Positions 1-12,376 of a stretch of DNA of 64,000 nt are shown piece after piece. Each line of letters starts with the position of its first letter. The stretch's first letter is position 1. The position numbers and the translations under genes are program-made. The notes beneath the pieces were generated by a model. It searched no databases. It was not told where the DNA came from and worked only from the letters and a program-made list of their open reading frames with translations. Origin of the DNA: Octopus sinensis (Eukaryota); assembly GCF_006345805.1 (NCBI RefSeq), contig NC_043010.1, positions 8,246,001 to 8,310,000 on the forward strand. Reading direction: 5' to 3'.

Positions 1-11
1 TGGAAGCATAT

Positions 12-420
12 ACTCTTTACTCTTTTACTATTTTACTTGTTTCAGTCATTTGACTGCGGCCATGCTGGAGCACCACCTTTAGTGGAGCAAATCGACCCTG
101 GGACTTATTCTTTGTAAGCCCAGTACTTATTCTATCGGTCTCTTTTGCTGAAGCGCTAAGTGACGGGGACGTAAACACACCAGCATCAGTTGTCAAGCAA
201 TGCTAGGGGTACAAACACAGACACACAAACACACACACACACACACATACATATATATGACAGGCTTCTTTCAGTTTCCGTCTACCAAATCCACTCACAA
301 GGCATTGGTGGGCCTGGGGCTATAGCAGAAGACACTTGCCCAAGATGCCACGCAGTGGGACTGAACCCGGAACCATGTGGTTGGTAAGGAAGCTACTTAC
401 CACACAGCCACTCCTGTGCC
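12..420 (-). mobile_element. SINE family A (tRNA-derived, CORE-like), young full-length copy
   Basis: Minus strand reads GGCACAGGAGTGGCTGTGTGGTAAG (A-box-like), GGTTCAGTCCC (B-box-like), CTTGGGCAAGTGTCTT (CORE-like), an internal CA/TA microsatellite and a tail ending ACAAGTAAAA(T)AGTAAAAGAG. Near-identical copies recur across the window. Resembles described octopus tRNA-derived SINEs (OK/OR type); exact family not verified. Confidence 0.9.
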
Positions 421-1064
421 TATATATGCTAAATTGTTGATGATGATGTTGATGATGATAATGAAAATGACAATGATGACAATGGTGACGAAGATATAGT
501 TCCAGTTTTTTTTAACTAGCACTGTTGTATAGAACACATGAGAACAAAAATGAACATGATTATCTTAATCTTATGAGTAATGATATTCCTTATTGCTTTT
601 CTTTGTTGTTCTTCCTTATTACTAAATATTACAATGAATAATGTAATTCAGTTTGCAGTTTGAAAACTGTTCTCTTAGTTGTACAATAAAGAAATCAATT
701 GTGAGTTGTGCTCCCTGTAGTTTCTGTCATGTATAGACAAAGTAAGAAAGAGAGAGAGAGGGGGAGAGGGGGGAGAAAGAAAGCAAGAAAGAAAGAAAAA
801 AGAGTGTGAGGGAATTTAATGAAATAAAGTAATGACAGCAATATATACACATATCTACAAACATTAACACATACATACATGCATACATGCATGTATATAT
901 CTACATATATATATATATATATGTTTATATATACATGTGTGTGTGCGAGCATGAATGTGTATGTGTGTATATACACACACACACACACCACACACACACA
1001 CACACATAATATATATATATATATATATATACATATATATACATATATGTATATATATATATAT

Positions 1065-1115
<51 letters not shown>

Positions 1116-1584
1116 ACACCACACACACACACACACACACATACATACATGCACAAACACACCAATATATAATCATTCTTGAAATAATCATAATTTATAT
1201 TTTTCTAAAATCCATATTTTCTCTCAATGGATATTGATTGATATTTCTGTACAAATAAATAGAATTTATTGATGGAAAATATCAATATTAGTTCATTAAT
1301 TTTTTTTATTTAGTTGAACTGTTATCCAAAACTTCTAGAAAAGTTTATAATTTTCTTTGCTATGAAACTCAATAGAAATAGGCAATAATTTTTTGTTATA
1401 TTTTCTCGAAAGTGAAAATAATTTTGTTTTTAATTTCAACAACTAGGTGAAAACTATACTTCATAATATTTCTAAATAAAATTAAAGAAGGAAAATCTTA
1501 AAAAAAAAAGACAAAAGTGATTGCATTTAGAAATGTTAGAATTTGTCTCTCATGATATCTAAAGATTTTGGTGCATCACTTTTG

Positions 1585-2050
1585 TTTTAGCCATTGGACT
1601 GCTGTTGGACTAAAGCGCTTCAAGTGTTTTAGCAAAACAGATTGACCTCAGTATATTTTCTTTCCTTTTAAGTCTGGTATTTATTCTAGCAGGGTCTTTT
1701 GCTGAACTGCTAAGCCACGGGGATGTAAACAAAACAATACCTATTTCTTTACTACCTGCAAGGGGCTAAACATAGAGATGACAAACAAGGACGGACAAAC
1801 GGATTAAGTCGATTATATCGACCCCAGTGCGTAACTGGTACTTAATTTATCGACCCTGAAAAGATGAAAGGCAAACTTGACCTCGGCGGAATTTGAAATC
1901 AGAACGTAGCGGCAGAGGAAATACCTCTATGCATTTTGCCCTGCGCGCAAACGTTTCTGCCAGCTCGCCACCTTAAACAAAACAATACCAATTGTCAAAC
2001 AGGAATAGTGGAGACTAACAATGACACAAAGACACATAGATATACACACA
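1585..2050 (-). mobile_element. Old diverged SINE A 3' portion, interrupted by a SINE B insertion
   Basis: Degenerate match to the family A tail (gctgaactgctaagccacggggatgtaaac...ttgtcaaac), split at 1742-1974. Confidence 0.7.
1742..1974 (-). mobile_element. SINE family B with 16-bp target-site duplication
   Basis: Minus strand: AAGGTGGCGAGCTGGCAGAAACG head, TTCTGATTTCAAATTCCGCCGAGG, central GCCTTTCATCTTTTCAGGGTCGATAAATTAAGTACCAG (Meta-domain-like, from memory). TAAACAAAACAATACC is duplicated at 1726-1741 and 1974-1989. Confidence 0.88.
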
Positions 2051-2248
2051 CACAGTTCAAATTCATAGAAAAACAAAGATGAAGACGGGTGTAGGAACAA
2101 CAAGCAAGTGTATTAATTTGACGTTCGGGAAAAATGGAAAAGTTTTTTTTACGTATTGATCTTATGCTCTTCGACAGGAAGGAATAAGAGGAAATAGAGA
2201 CAGAATGAAAAGTAAATGCTGAGTTCAGTGGTCCAACATGGCGAATCA
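2050..2248 (-). mobile_element. Short repeat family C (Penelope-LTR/retrozyme-like), degenerate copy
   Basis: Shares AAAGATGAAGAC...GTATTA...GACG(C/T)TC(A/G)GGAA...TTTTACGT...GCTCTTCGACAG with copies at 12377, 21642 and 63556. Confidence 0.55.
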
Positions 2249-2261
2249 ATATATATATATA

Positions 2262-2678
2262 GGCGCAGGAGTGGCTGTGTGGTAAGTAGCTTGTTTACCA
2301 ACCACATGGTTCCGGGTTCAGTCCCACTGCGTGGCATCTTGGGCAAGTGTCTTCTGCTATAGCCCCGGGCCGACCAATGCCTTGTGAGTGGATTTGGTAG
2401 ACGGAAACTGAAAGAAGCCTGTCGTATATATGTATGCATATATATGTTTGTGTGTGTGTGTGTATGTTTATGTATTTGTGTTAGTCCCCCAAACATCGCT
2501 TGACAACCGATGCTGGTGTGTTTACGTCCCCGTCACTTAGCAGTTCGGCAAAAGACACCGATAGAATAAGAACTAGGCTTACAAAGAATAAGTCCCGGGG
2601 TCGATTTGCTCGACTAAAGGCGGTGCTCCAGCATGGTCGCAGTCAAATGACTGAAACAAGTAAAAGAGTAAAAGAGTA
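2262..2678 (+). mobile_element. SINE A young full-length copy
   Basis: GGCGCAGGAGTGGCTGTGTGG head through AAACAAGTAAAAGAGTAAAAGAG tail. Confidence 0.92.
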
Positions 2679-2734
2679 TACATATATACATACATACATG
2701 CATGCATACATGCATACATACATACATACATATA

Positions 2735-3300
2735 CAAGGGTTGGACAAAATAATGGAAACATCTAGTGTCATAGCATCATAATTTTGAAATATCTATAAA
2801 ACCATCAAAATCTTGTTTATTTTTATGTTTTTTGATTTATTATTAGTGTTGCTTAATATGTTTTGCTGTTTCTTTTCAGATATAATCAGAAAAAGGTAAT
2901 TAAAATCCATTAAAATGACTGAACTATTGGACTTTAAAAGAGGCCAAATTGTTGGTGCTCATATGGCAGGCACTAGCGTGATGAAAACAGCCGAAATGTT
3001 TGGTGTATCAAGAAGTACTATCTCGAAAGTAATGACAGCCTTTGAGAAAAAGGGTAAAACCTCCTTGTTGAAACAAAACTCCGGAAGAAAATCAAAACTT
3101 TCAGATAGGGACCATCGGACTCTTATGTGAATTGTTAGAAGGATCACAAAAGTGTAGCTCCCAAAATTACTGCAAAGCTTAATGACCACCTTGAGAACCA
3201 AGTTTCTACAAAAACTGTTTACTGGAAACTGCACAAAGCTGGATTTTACAGGAGGGCTGCAATCAGAAAACCACTACTTTCAAAAAGAAACGCTGCAAAG
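2735..3300 (+). mobile_element. Tc1/mariner transposon 5' fragment (left TIR plus disrupted transposase N-terminus)
   Basis: TA|CAAGGGTTGGACAAAATAATGGAAAC TIR-like start. ORF 2915-3130 MTELLDFKRGQIVGAHMAGTSVMKTAEMFGVSRSTISKV...NSGRKSKLSDRDHRTL, then stop/frameshift and KITAKLNDHLENQVSTKTVYWKLHKAGFYRRAAIRKPLLS: the Tc1 paired/HTH DNA-binding region. No DDE domain or right TIR. Confidence 0.88.
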
Positions 3301-4121
3301 TAGGGCCAAAGACCCATAAAGGCCCTAAGCACTTAAATGATTTTGGTACCTCCATATATATGTTATTCGAAATATAAACAATAGCAAACCATAAAATAAA
3401 TCTTTATTTTTCAAAATGAAACAAACCAAGAGTAAGATTAAAAATTATGTCTATTTTTGTATACTTCCACTTTATTTATATTTGAACAGTTTTCTCCTAC
3501 TTCTGTTTATGTTTTTGATCAGATCCTCAAAATGAATCTTACATAAAATATCTGCTTCTATACTTAGTAGAGATAAGGCATCCCAAATATTATTTTAGCA
3601 AGTTTAAAGTGATTTCTTTTGTGCTGTGAACCATTTACTATTTCTGTGGTGACCCCCACTTCTCTTGATGCTCTAAGCACATGCTTATTTTGCTTCATGG
3701 TCAATCCAGTGGTGTCTTTAGGGTTATGCCTCAGCATAGCCATAATTCAATGACTGAAGCAACATATTAGTCCATAGAATTTTTATGATGTGAACAGATC
3801 AACTCGTTAATAAAACAGCTTTTTCATTATTCACGTTAAACGATGATGATGATGAGGATGATGATGACATTGTTTCCTTATTGAGTTCTAAGTTACAGTT
3901 AACTGCTTGTGTCTTACAATATTTTGATACATCTTTCCATTGAAATTTATATATTCATGCATGTGTGTGTGTGTGTATGTGTGTGTGTGTGTGTGCATGT
4001 ATATGTACTATATATATATACGCACATGTGTGTGTATGTGTATGCATGTGCATGTGTGTGTGTATGTATGTGTGTGTATGTATGTATTTATGTGTCTATG
4101 TGTATGTGCATATGTATATAT

Positions 4122-4153
<32 letters not shown>

Positions 4154-4544
4154 CTGTGTGTGTGTGTTTGCATGTTTCACCAATGTACATTGGCTAAGAA
4201 TAGACATTGACAAAAAGAAAGAGAAATTTAGTACTCTACAAATAAAATCCTTTGAAATATTTGTTTCACAATAAACTACAGACACTTTCCCCGCATTTTA
4301 GCCCTGAAAAACGCTAGTGATTATTCCTCTGGAAATCTGTAATCAGTGTCTGTATTGTATTCCAATAATCATATAAAATTACAAAATATTCAATCAGCTG
4401 CATTTAGCAGTAGTTTACTCATGGGAACAAACTATATTTGACAGTAGTATATAAACTGATGATTATTGTAACTAATCATACAAGTATAATAATTATAAAC
4501 ACAGATAATTTTTTTCTGCTATAATAATCCTTTCTGCTATAGGC

Positions 4545-4929
4545 ATACGGCCTGGATTTTGTGGGGAGGAGGACAGTTGATCCCATCGACCCCAGTACAC
4601 AACTGGTACTTAATTTATTCCCCCTGAAAGAATTAAAGGCAAAGTTGACTTCGATCAATCGAATTTGAACTCAGAACATAGCAATGAGTGAAATACCTAT
4701 TTCTTTACTACCCACAAGGGGCTAAACACAGAGGGGACAAACAAGGACAGACAAATGGATTAAGTCAATATATCGACACCAGTGTGTAACTGGTACTTAT
4801 TTAATCGACCCTGAAAGGATGAAAGGCAAAGTCGACCTTGGCGGAATTTTAACTCAAACGTAGTGGCAGACAAAATACCGCTAAGAATTTTACCCAGTGT
4901 GCTAATGTTTCTACCAGCTTGCTGCCTTT
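4545..4929 (-). mobile_element. Two nested/tandem SINE B copies
   Basis: Two successive ATCGAC(C/A)CCAGT...AACTGGTACTT...GAAAG(A/G)AT(T/G)AAAGGCAAAGT blocks with different tails, joined at GAAATACC|TATTTC. Confidence 0.8.
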
Positions 4930-5894
4930 TATTTCTGCTATAAAAATGTCATTTTTGCTTAAGAGATGATCCATATGAAAGTTATGCTAAAATAGGGGAA
5001 ACAGATGTAACAACATTGCATCATTATGAAAATAGAATCTTTAAAATATAACTCATATCCTAATATATTTCAACACTCACTTTTTAATTCTCTCTTTTTT
5101 ATTTAGATTATATTTTTCTTTACTTGTAAGATTAACCATTACCTACCAGTGTTTTCCAAAGTCCTCTATATTGTGATCCACTTTCAGGATTTATATTGGT
5201 GAGATAATAACTTTAAAGTACCTAATGTGATAAGCAACATACTCTTTCTTTCATACCATTTCCAGATATTCAAATCCCATGAATAAAACTGAATACAAAT
5301 TTCTCTTCCTTGTGGCAATATTAGATATCCTATTTTCTGCTTATAATCAACAGAAATTATTTTAGTCGAAACAAAATAAATAAATATGCATAAAAAAAAA
5401 CTAAAAACTAAAAATTGAAAAAAAAAATGAAAATTATAAAATAAAATGAAAAATATAAAATAAGAAGGGGATAACAAATTTTTAATATTTCCTAGCTTGA
5501 AGCTAATAACTAAAATTTACTCTTGTTAAGAAAATCTATAAAAATAAATTAATTTTGATATGGTAATATTTTTCCTGGCTTTCCTCATTTAATGATAAAG
5601 TTTAGATGCCTTAAATGTGATTCATTATGGAAATATTCATTATGGAATAAAAGATTTCATAACCATCGTAGACAATGAAATATGGACTAGGAATAATTGT
5701 AGTATTAGGTTTTATACACTTCCTCATGTAATTTGCTTACAAGATTATATGAACTGATTACTAATAGAAAATACAAGCAGATCAAGTATGATATTTTTAA
5801 TATGATGAAAATCAGAAACAAAAATAAAGGTAAACCTGGGACTGAGAAAATATCTCAAGGTATATGTAATATAAATTACATTCAAATATTAGAA

Positions 5895-6273
5895 ACTAGC
5901 AGTATCGCCCGGCGTTGCTCGGGTTTGTAAGGGAAATAACTATAAAGCATTTTTAGAGAGTTATAGCCAAAAAATGGGAAAAAAATTATGGTAAATTTTT
6001 TTTTTTGAGAGTTAAAAAGGTCAAGTTGCGTCCCCTAGACAGTCTGTGGTTTGTGTTTCTAATTCTCGACCCCCATGTCGAATTTATCGATTTTTCTCAG
6101 AACTGGGCGAACTTTTCAAAATTTTCGCTGCGTTAGTTTTGAATTATGACATTGGGCTATGTGTGTGTCAAGTTTCATCAGAATCGGTTGAAAGCCGTGG
6201 TCAGGGTGAGGGTACAAGCAAACAGACACACAGACACGCAGACAGACAAACTGCCGTTTATATAGAGAGAGAT
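5895..6273 (+). mobile_element. Non-autonomous Helitron-like element (Lep1-type architecture)
   Basis: 5' ACTAGCAGTATCGCCCGGCGTTGCTCGGG, internal AAGTTTCATCAGAATCGG, subterminal (ACAG)n-like repeat and 3' CGTTTATATAGAGAGAGAT. Architecture matches recalled Lep1-like non-autonomous Helitrons. Confidence 0.7.
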
Positions 6274-6676
6274 TAGCATGAAAATCTCAGATGTGAATGT
6301 TCAACTCTTGACCTTTCCATAATAACATATCCCCTAAGGCTACCCTTTTCCTGTAATTTAAATTAGTGTCTCTTAACCAAATGATTTCCAATATATATAT
6401 ATATATATATGCAGTCCATAGAAGTTACCAAATGAACAAGATGTATTGCACAATTTGTCTTGAAAAATCTACACAAAGGTCATGCACTCACAGTCAAAGA
6501 TTTTAGGGTGAATTGTAAGTCATTAGTGCAATGCATCTGTCTACGTGTACCCTTGCCAAAGCTAATTATCGGAATAATTGAAGAAGTGCATTTACAACCA
6601 CAAAAATGAAAAAAAATTAAAATCTTCATAAAGTTTTTTTAAATATCAACAGGAAGTGGAGGGGTGGAATTTAAAA

Positions 6677-6707
<31 letters not shown>

Positions 6708-7022
6708 AAGGAGCACTCCATCGGTTGTGACGACTAGGGTCCCAGCTGATACGATCAACGGAACAGCTTGCTCGTGAAATTAACGTGCAAGTGGCTGAGC
6801 AGTCCACAAACACGTGTACCCTTAACGTAGTTCTCAGGGAGATTCAGCGTGACACAGAGTGTGACAAGGCTGGCCCTTTGAAATACAGGTACTACTCATT
6901 TTTACCAGCTGAGTGGACTGGAGCAATGTGAAATAAAGTGTCTTGCTCAAGGACACAATGCGCCACCGGGAATTGAACTCACGACCTTACGATTGCGAGC
7001 CGAATGCCCCTAACCACTAAGC
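6708..7022 (-). mobile_element. SINE family D (tRNA head + core 1 + tail X)
   Basis: Minus strand GCTTAGTGGTTAGGGGCATTCGGC...GAGTTCAATTCCC head, GTGTCCTTGAGCAAGACACTTT core; tail shared with 26820-27207. Confidence 0.82.
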
Positions 7023-7143
7023 ATATATATATATTATATATATAATATATATTAATAATAATATTAGGGAGTAAATCCAAACTTACAGGGAAAAATTAGA
7101 TTTAGGATTAAATCTAATTTTATAGTATAAATATATATATATA

Positions 7144-7437
7144 TTATATTAAATTAGAGATAAAACCACTATTAGGCAAATCAAACAGTGAAAATCATAA
7201 ACCAATACATAGAAATAAAATTAATTAATAAAATATATAAAAAATATAAAATTCCAAATGAAAATATTTAAATTAAAGTTAAGATTTAAAAAATGATTTA
7301 ATTTAAATATTTTAATTTGGAATTTTATATTTTATATTTTTTATATATTTTATTAATTAATTTTATTTCTATGTATTGGCTTATGATTTTCACTGTTTGA
7401 TTTGCCTAATAGTGGTTTTATCTCTAATTTAATATAA
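7144..7437. repeat. Long AT-rich fold-back palindrome (~135-bp arms, ~20-nt spacer)
   Basis: 7144-7200 is the exact reverse complement of 7381-7437; pairing continues inward with two substitutions and one 7-nt indel. Confidence 0.95.
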
Positions 7438-7869
7438 CACATATATATATATATATATATATATTTGGCTGTGCGGTTAAGGAGTTTGCTTCCCAACCAT
7501 ATGGTTTCAGGTTCCCTCCCACAGTATGGGCACTTTGGGTAAATGTCTTCAACTGCAGCCCTGTGCTAGCCAAAGCTTTATGGTTGGGGCTGGGTATACA
7601 GGAAATGAGAGAAACCATTTGTATATGTGTATATGTGCATGTATACATGTGTGTGCTTACATGTGTATGTGTATGTGTGTGTATGTATGTGTATATATGT
7701 GTGTGCATGTGTATATGTCTGTGTGTCCTTGTCCTGTGACACGACACAGCAGTTGTAAACAAGTAGCACCATAAACAAGCAGTGTCGTTTATATCTAATC
7801 TTCCATTGATACATGTCTGGCCATGGAGGGTGATAGGAAGGATATTTAGCCACAGAAAATCTGCCTACG

Positions 7870-8288
7870 AACCACATGGTTCCGGGTTCAGTCCCACTGC
7901 GTGGCACCTTGGGCAAGTGTCTTCTACTATAGCCTCGGGCCGACCAAAGCCTTGTAAGTGGATTTGGTAGATGGAAACTGAAAGAAGCCCGTCGTATATA
8001 TGTATATATATATATGTGTATGTGCGTTTGTTTGTGTGTCTGTGTTTGTCCCCCTAGCATTGATTGACAACCGATGCTGGTGTGTTTATGTCCCCGTCAC
8101 TTAGCGGTTCGGCAAAAGAGACCGATAGAATAAGTACTGGGCTTACAAAGAATAAGTAGTGGGCTTACAAAGAATAAGTACTGGGCTTACAAAGAATAAG
8201 TCCCGGGGTCGAGTTGCTTGATTTAAGGCGGTGCTCCAGCATGGCCGCAGTAAAATGACTGAAACAAGTAAAAGAGTAAAAGAGTAAA
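7870..8288 (+). mobile_element. SINE A young copy, 5'-truncated, with internal 22-bp triplication
   Basis: Begins AACCACATGGTTCCGGG; AGAATAAGTA(C/G)TGGGCTTACAA x3 at 8127-8192; normal tail. Confidence 0.9.
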
Positions 8289-8522
8289 CCCATTCAAACA
8301 TGGGTTAGAAAAAAGAAAGAAAACTCTTGAATCTTATGACTGACTGGTCTGTCTACTGGAAAAGTGACCAAGTTACAGAACTGCAACAAAGTATTTTAAC
8401 ACTTTCTCTACTGCCCAATGCTGTTCAATGCATTTCTTAAGAAGTTATAAAACTGAATGTATTGATTTTTGCTTGATTTTTAAATGACTAACATACTGAC
8501 TCATCCATGATATATAATTTTT

Positions 8523-8634
<112 letters not shown>

Positions 8635-8721
8635 TACACACACATGTATATATCACACATGTATATATACACACACATATACACTCACACCATATGCATA
8701 CATATATATATACACATACAT

Positions 8722-8788
<67 letters not shown>

Positions 8789-9065
8789 TAGATAGATAGA
8801 TAGATAGAAAGTTATAGCTATATTGATATATACATTTTAACAAATAATTATATGTGTATGTGTCTGTGTGTGTGTGCACATATACAATGCGCATACAGAA
8901 ATATATACATATATATATAATTAAAATCACAATAAGGGTGAAAAAAATTGAATATTAATTAATAACATCAACTTAAAACACCAGTGGCCTAGCGTATAAA
9001 AACTGGGATACAGTAAAAATTATTAATACAAGTAATGAAGAGAGAGTCCACTCTCTCTCATTACT

Positions 9066-9135
<70 letters not shown>

Positions 9136-9267
9136 TACATATACACGTGCATATGCAGAAATGTGCACATGTGCATATACACATAAACTCAACCTTTACT
9201 TCCCGTATTTTTGTCAGTCTTTCTTGTGCATATTGTGCTCAAATGACTTCTTCAGCGTGCATTCACA

Positions 9268-9630
9268 TACTCTTTTACTCTTTTACTTGTTTCAGTCATT
9301 TGACTGCGGCCATGCTGGAGCACCGCCTTTAGTCGAGCAAATCGACCCCGGGACTTATTCTTTTTGTAAGCCCAGTACTTATTCTAGCGGTCTCTTTTGC
9401 TGAACCGCTAAGTGACGGGAATATAAACACACCAGCATCGGGACAAACATAGACACACAAATACATATATATGACAGGCTTCTTTCAGTTTCCGTCTACC
9501 AAATCCACTCACAAGGCATTGGTCGGCCCGGGGCTATAGCAGAAGACACTTGCCCAAGGTGCCACGCAGTGGGACTGAACCCGGAACCATGTGGTTGGTT
9601 AGCAAGCTACTTACCACACAGCCACTCCTG
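9268..9630 (-). mobile_element. SINE A young copy with internal deletion
   Basis: Tail and head intact; GTTGTCAAGCAATGCTAGG segment missing. Confidence 0.9.
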
Positions 9631-9699
9631 TTCAACTGTATTACATGGCATTACTTATTGTAGTCTTCTCATCTACTTACACCCAGTCAGTGCTCTATG

Positions 9700-10010
9700 T
9701 CTTTCCATTGACAGTTCAAATATTCTCCATTACTCAATAACATCCAACTGCTTATTCTTGTCCACCTCTCCAATACATTGTCCATGTTGAATGCTTATAT
9801 CTTACAATCTAACAATAACATAATCCTGTGGCATGCATCATATGATATGCTCTTTTGCATTGACAGAGGAACCCTTCTCTTCATTAACATATCTTTGAAT
9901 ATTTCCACCCTTGAGTTTACGCATCATTTCTTGCAACATGGTCTTAATCTCCATACACCACAAGTTACACATTCTGATATTTCCAGATAACACGAGACAA
10001 ATCCCCAGCT
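9700..10010 (-). mobile_element. Decayed RTE-clade LINE RT fragment
   Basis: Broken minus-strand frames give GWKYS and FKDMLMKRRVPLSMQKSISYDACHRIML, resembling the RTE motif GWKKFRELL...KGRLYDACVRTAML. Confidence 0.5.
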
Positions 10011-10460
10011 ATAATGACAATATTATGATCGATTCCCCTGGTAATTTGTGCAATGAACTCATATGACCAATCCTTTTGCTCATTTAATCCCAACTAAAAC
10101 AAGACTAGTGTTACACAAAAAGTATAAACACTGGATGAGCCAAGAGAAAATTTGAACAAATCATTGTCAAAGTCTGTGCAATGCATGTAATATCTCAACT
10201 TTACAATATGAATGGAAAAAAAAAAAAAATCAAATCCCAAATGAATGGAGGTGATGCTATACAAAAATAAAAGGATAAAATCCCAAAATTCTACAATTAG
10301 ATGCAGGCATGGCTATTTGGTAAGAAGGCTGCTTCCTAACCACATGGTTCCAGGTTCAGTTCCACTGGTTGTCACTTTGGGGAAGTGTCTTCTACTATAG
10401 CCTTGGGCCAACCAAAACTTTGCGAGTGGATTTGGTTGAGAGAAACTGAAAGAAGTCCAT

Positions 10461-10492
<32 letters not shown>

Positions 10493-10501
10493 CATATATA
10501 C

Positions 10502-10563
<62 letters not shown>

Positions 10564-10868
10564 ATATATATATATAGGGAGAATTCACAAAAAACAAAAG
10601 ATGAAGTCAGGTGGTGTAAAAACAAAGAGATGTAATATATATATATATACAGAAGTAATGCCCATTTTGCATTTAATAACTTTTATAGTACATAAATGTT
10701 TATTAAGTAATATTTTTATTGAACACAAATTTATTGCATTACTTGAAGAAATTAATAATAAACTAATGATAAAAATTGGAGAAGTTTTAGGAAATAAAAA
10801 CAAAAGTCAATCAGAAACTAGAAAACTCAAATACAAAGGAGTTACTTTAGCCGCACCCTACATGTATA

Positions 10869-11275
10869 TACTCTTTTACTCCTTTACATGTTTCAGTCAT
10901 TTGACTGCGGCCATGCTGGAGCACCGCATTTACTCAAGCAACTCGACCCCAGGACTTATTCTTTTGTAAGCCCAGTACTTATTCTATCGGTCTCTTTTGC
11001 CGAACCACTAAGTAACAGGGACATAAACACACCAGCATCGGTTGTCAAGCAATGCTAGGGGAACAAACACAGACACACAAACACACACACACATACATAC
11101 ATATATATATACATATATACGACGGGCTTCTTTCAGTTTCCATCCACCAAATCCACTCACAAGGCTTTGGTCGGCCCGAGGCTATAGTAGAAGACACTTG
11201 TCCAAGATGCCACGCAGTGGGACTGAACCCGGAACCATGTGGTTGGTAAACAAGCTACTTGGTAAACAAGCTACT
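10869..11275 (-). mobile_element. SINE A young copy
   Basis: Family A body; head truncated with a duplicated GGTAAACAAGCTACT. Confidence 0.9.
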
Positions 11276-12376
11276 ATATATATATATACACATACATATA
11301 TATATATATTTGTGTGTTTGTCCTCCATCACTGCTTGACAACTGGTGAATTTATGTTAAGTAATGTTTGTTTTAGAATAATTCTACATTGGGAGTTGATG
11401 AAATCAGATCTGAAATGCTTTATAGATGAAAACTAAAAGAAAAAATCCAAAACTATTGAATTTTTACATAAGTGTGTGCATGGCTATGTGGTTAAGAAGC
11501 ATTATTTTCCATTTGGGGTTCCAATCCACTGTTTAGAACCTTGGGCAAGTATCTTCTACAATAACTCTGGGTTGATCCATGGTTTGTGAGTGAATTTGGT
11601 ATATGGAAACAGTGTGGAAGCTCAATAAATGTGCATATATGTGTGTGTACGTATGTATGTGTACGTGTGTGTGTGTGTGTGTGTGTATGTGTGTGTGTAT
11701 GTGTGTGTACGTGTGCGTGTGTATGTGTGTGTGTGCATATGTGTGTGTGTATGTGTGTGTGTATGTGCATATGTGTGTGCGCATGTGTGTGTGTGTGTGT
11801 GTGTGTGTGCATATGCGTGTCTTTGTGTCTGTGTTTGCCTCCCACCCAACTGCTTCGCAGACAGTGCCCGTTTGTTTATGCCCCCATAACCTGGTGGTTT
11901 GAAACCACCTTGAAGGGTTTGATTGAACAAATCCAATCAGAACTAATTTTTTTAATGTTCGGTGCTTATTCCCTCAATCCCTTTTGCCAAACCACTAAGT
12001 TACAAGGACCAACCTTTTTCATGGTTATTCCACATTTCTTCTGATTTTCTGACTGAATAGCACCCTTGTTTTTAAAAATGATATATAACACATAAACAGG
12101 GCCTCGAAGATTGTTTCAAGATACGTGGCATACTTTTTATAAATATGCCTGTCCAAGTATCAAAATAGCATGAAACTATTAGTAGCTCTCTCGGTTGTAT
12201 ATTTAATTTCACCCCCCCACACACACACACATGTACACAAACACACGCATGCACACACACATGTACACACACACATGCACACACACAGATGCACACACAC
12301 ATGCACACATGCACACACACACACATGCACACACACACATGCACACACACACATGCACACACACATACATATATAT

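Noticed and set aside
8127-8201. Short direct-repeat arrays (also 43332-43424 and 59707-59855) as CRISPR
   Set aside because: Contiguous tandem units without unique spacers, eukaryotic context, no cas genes.
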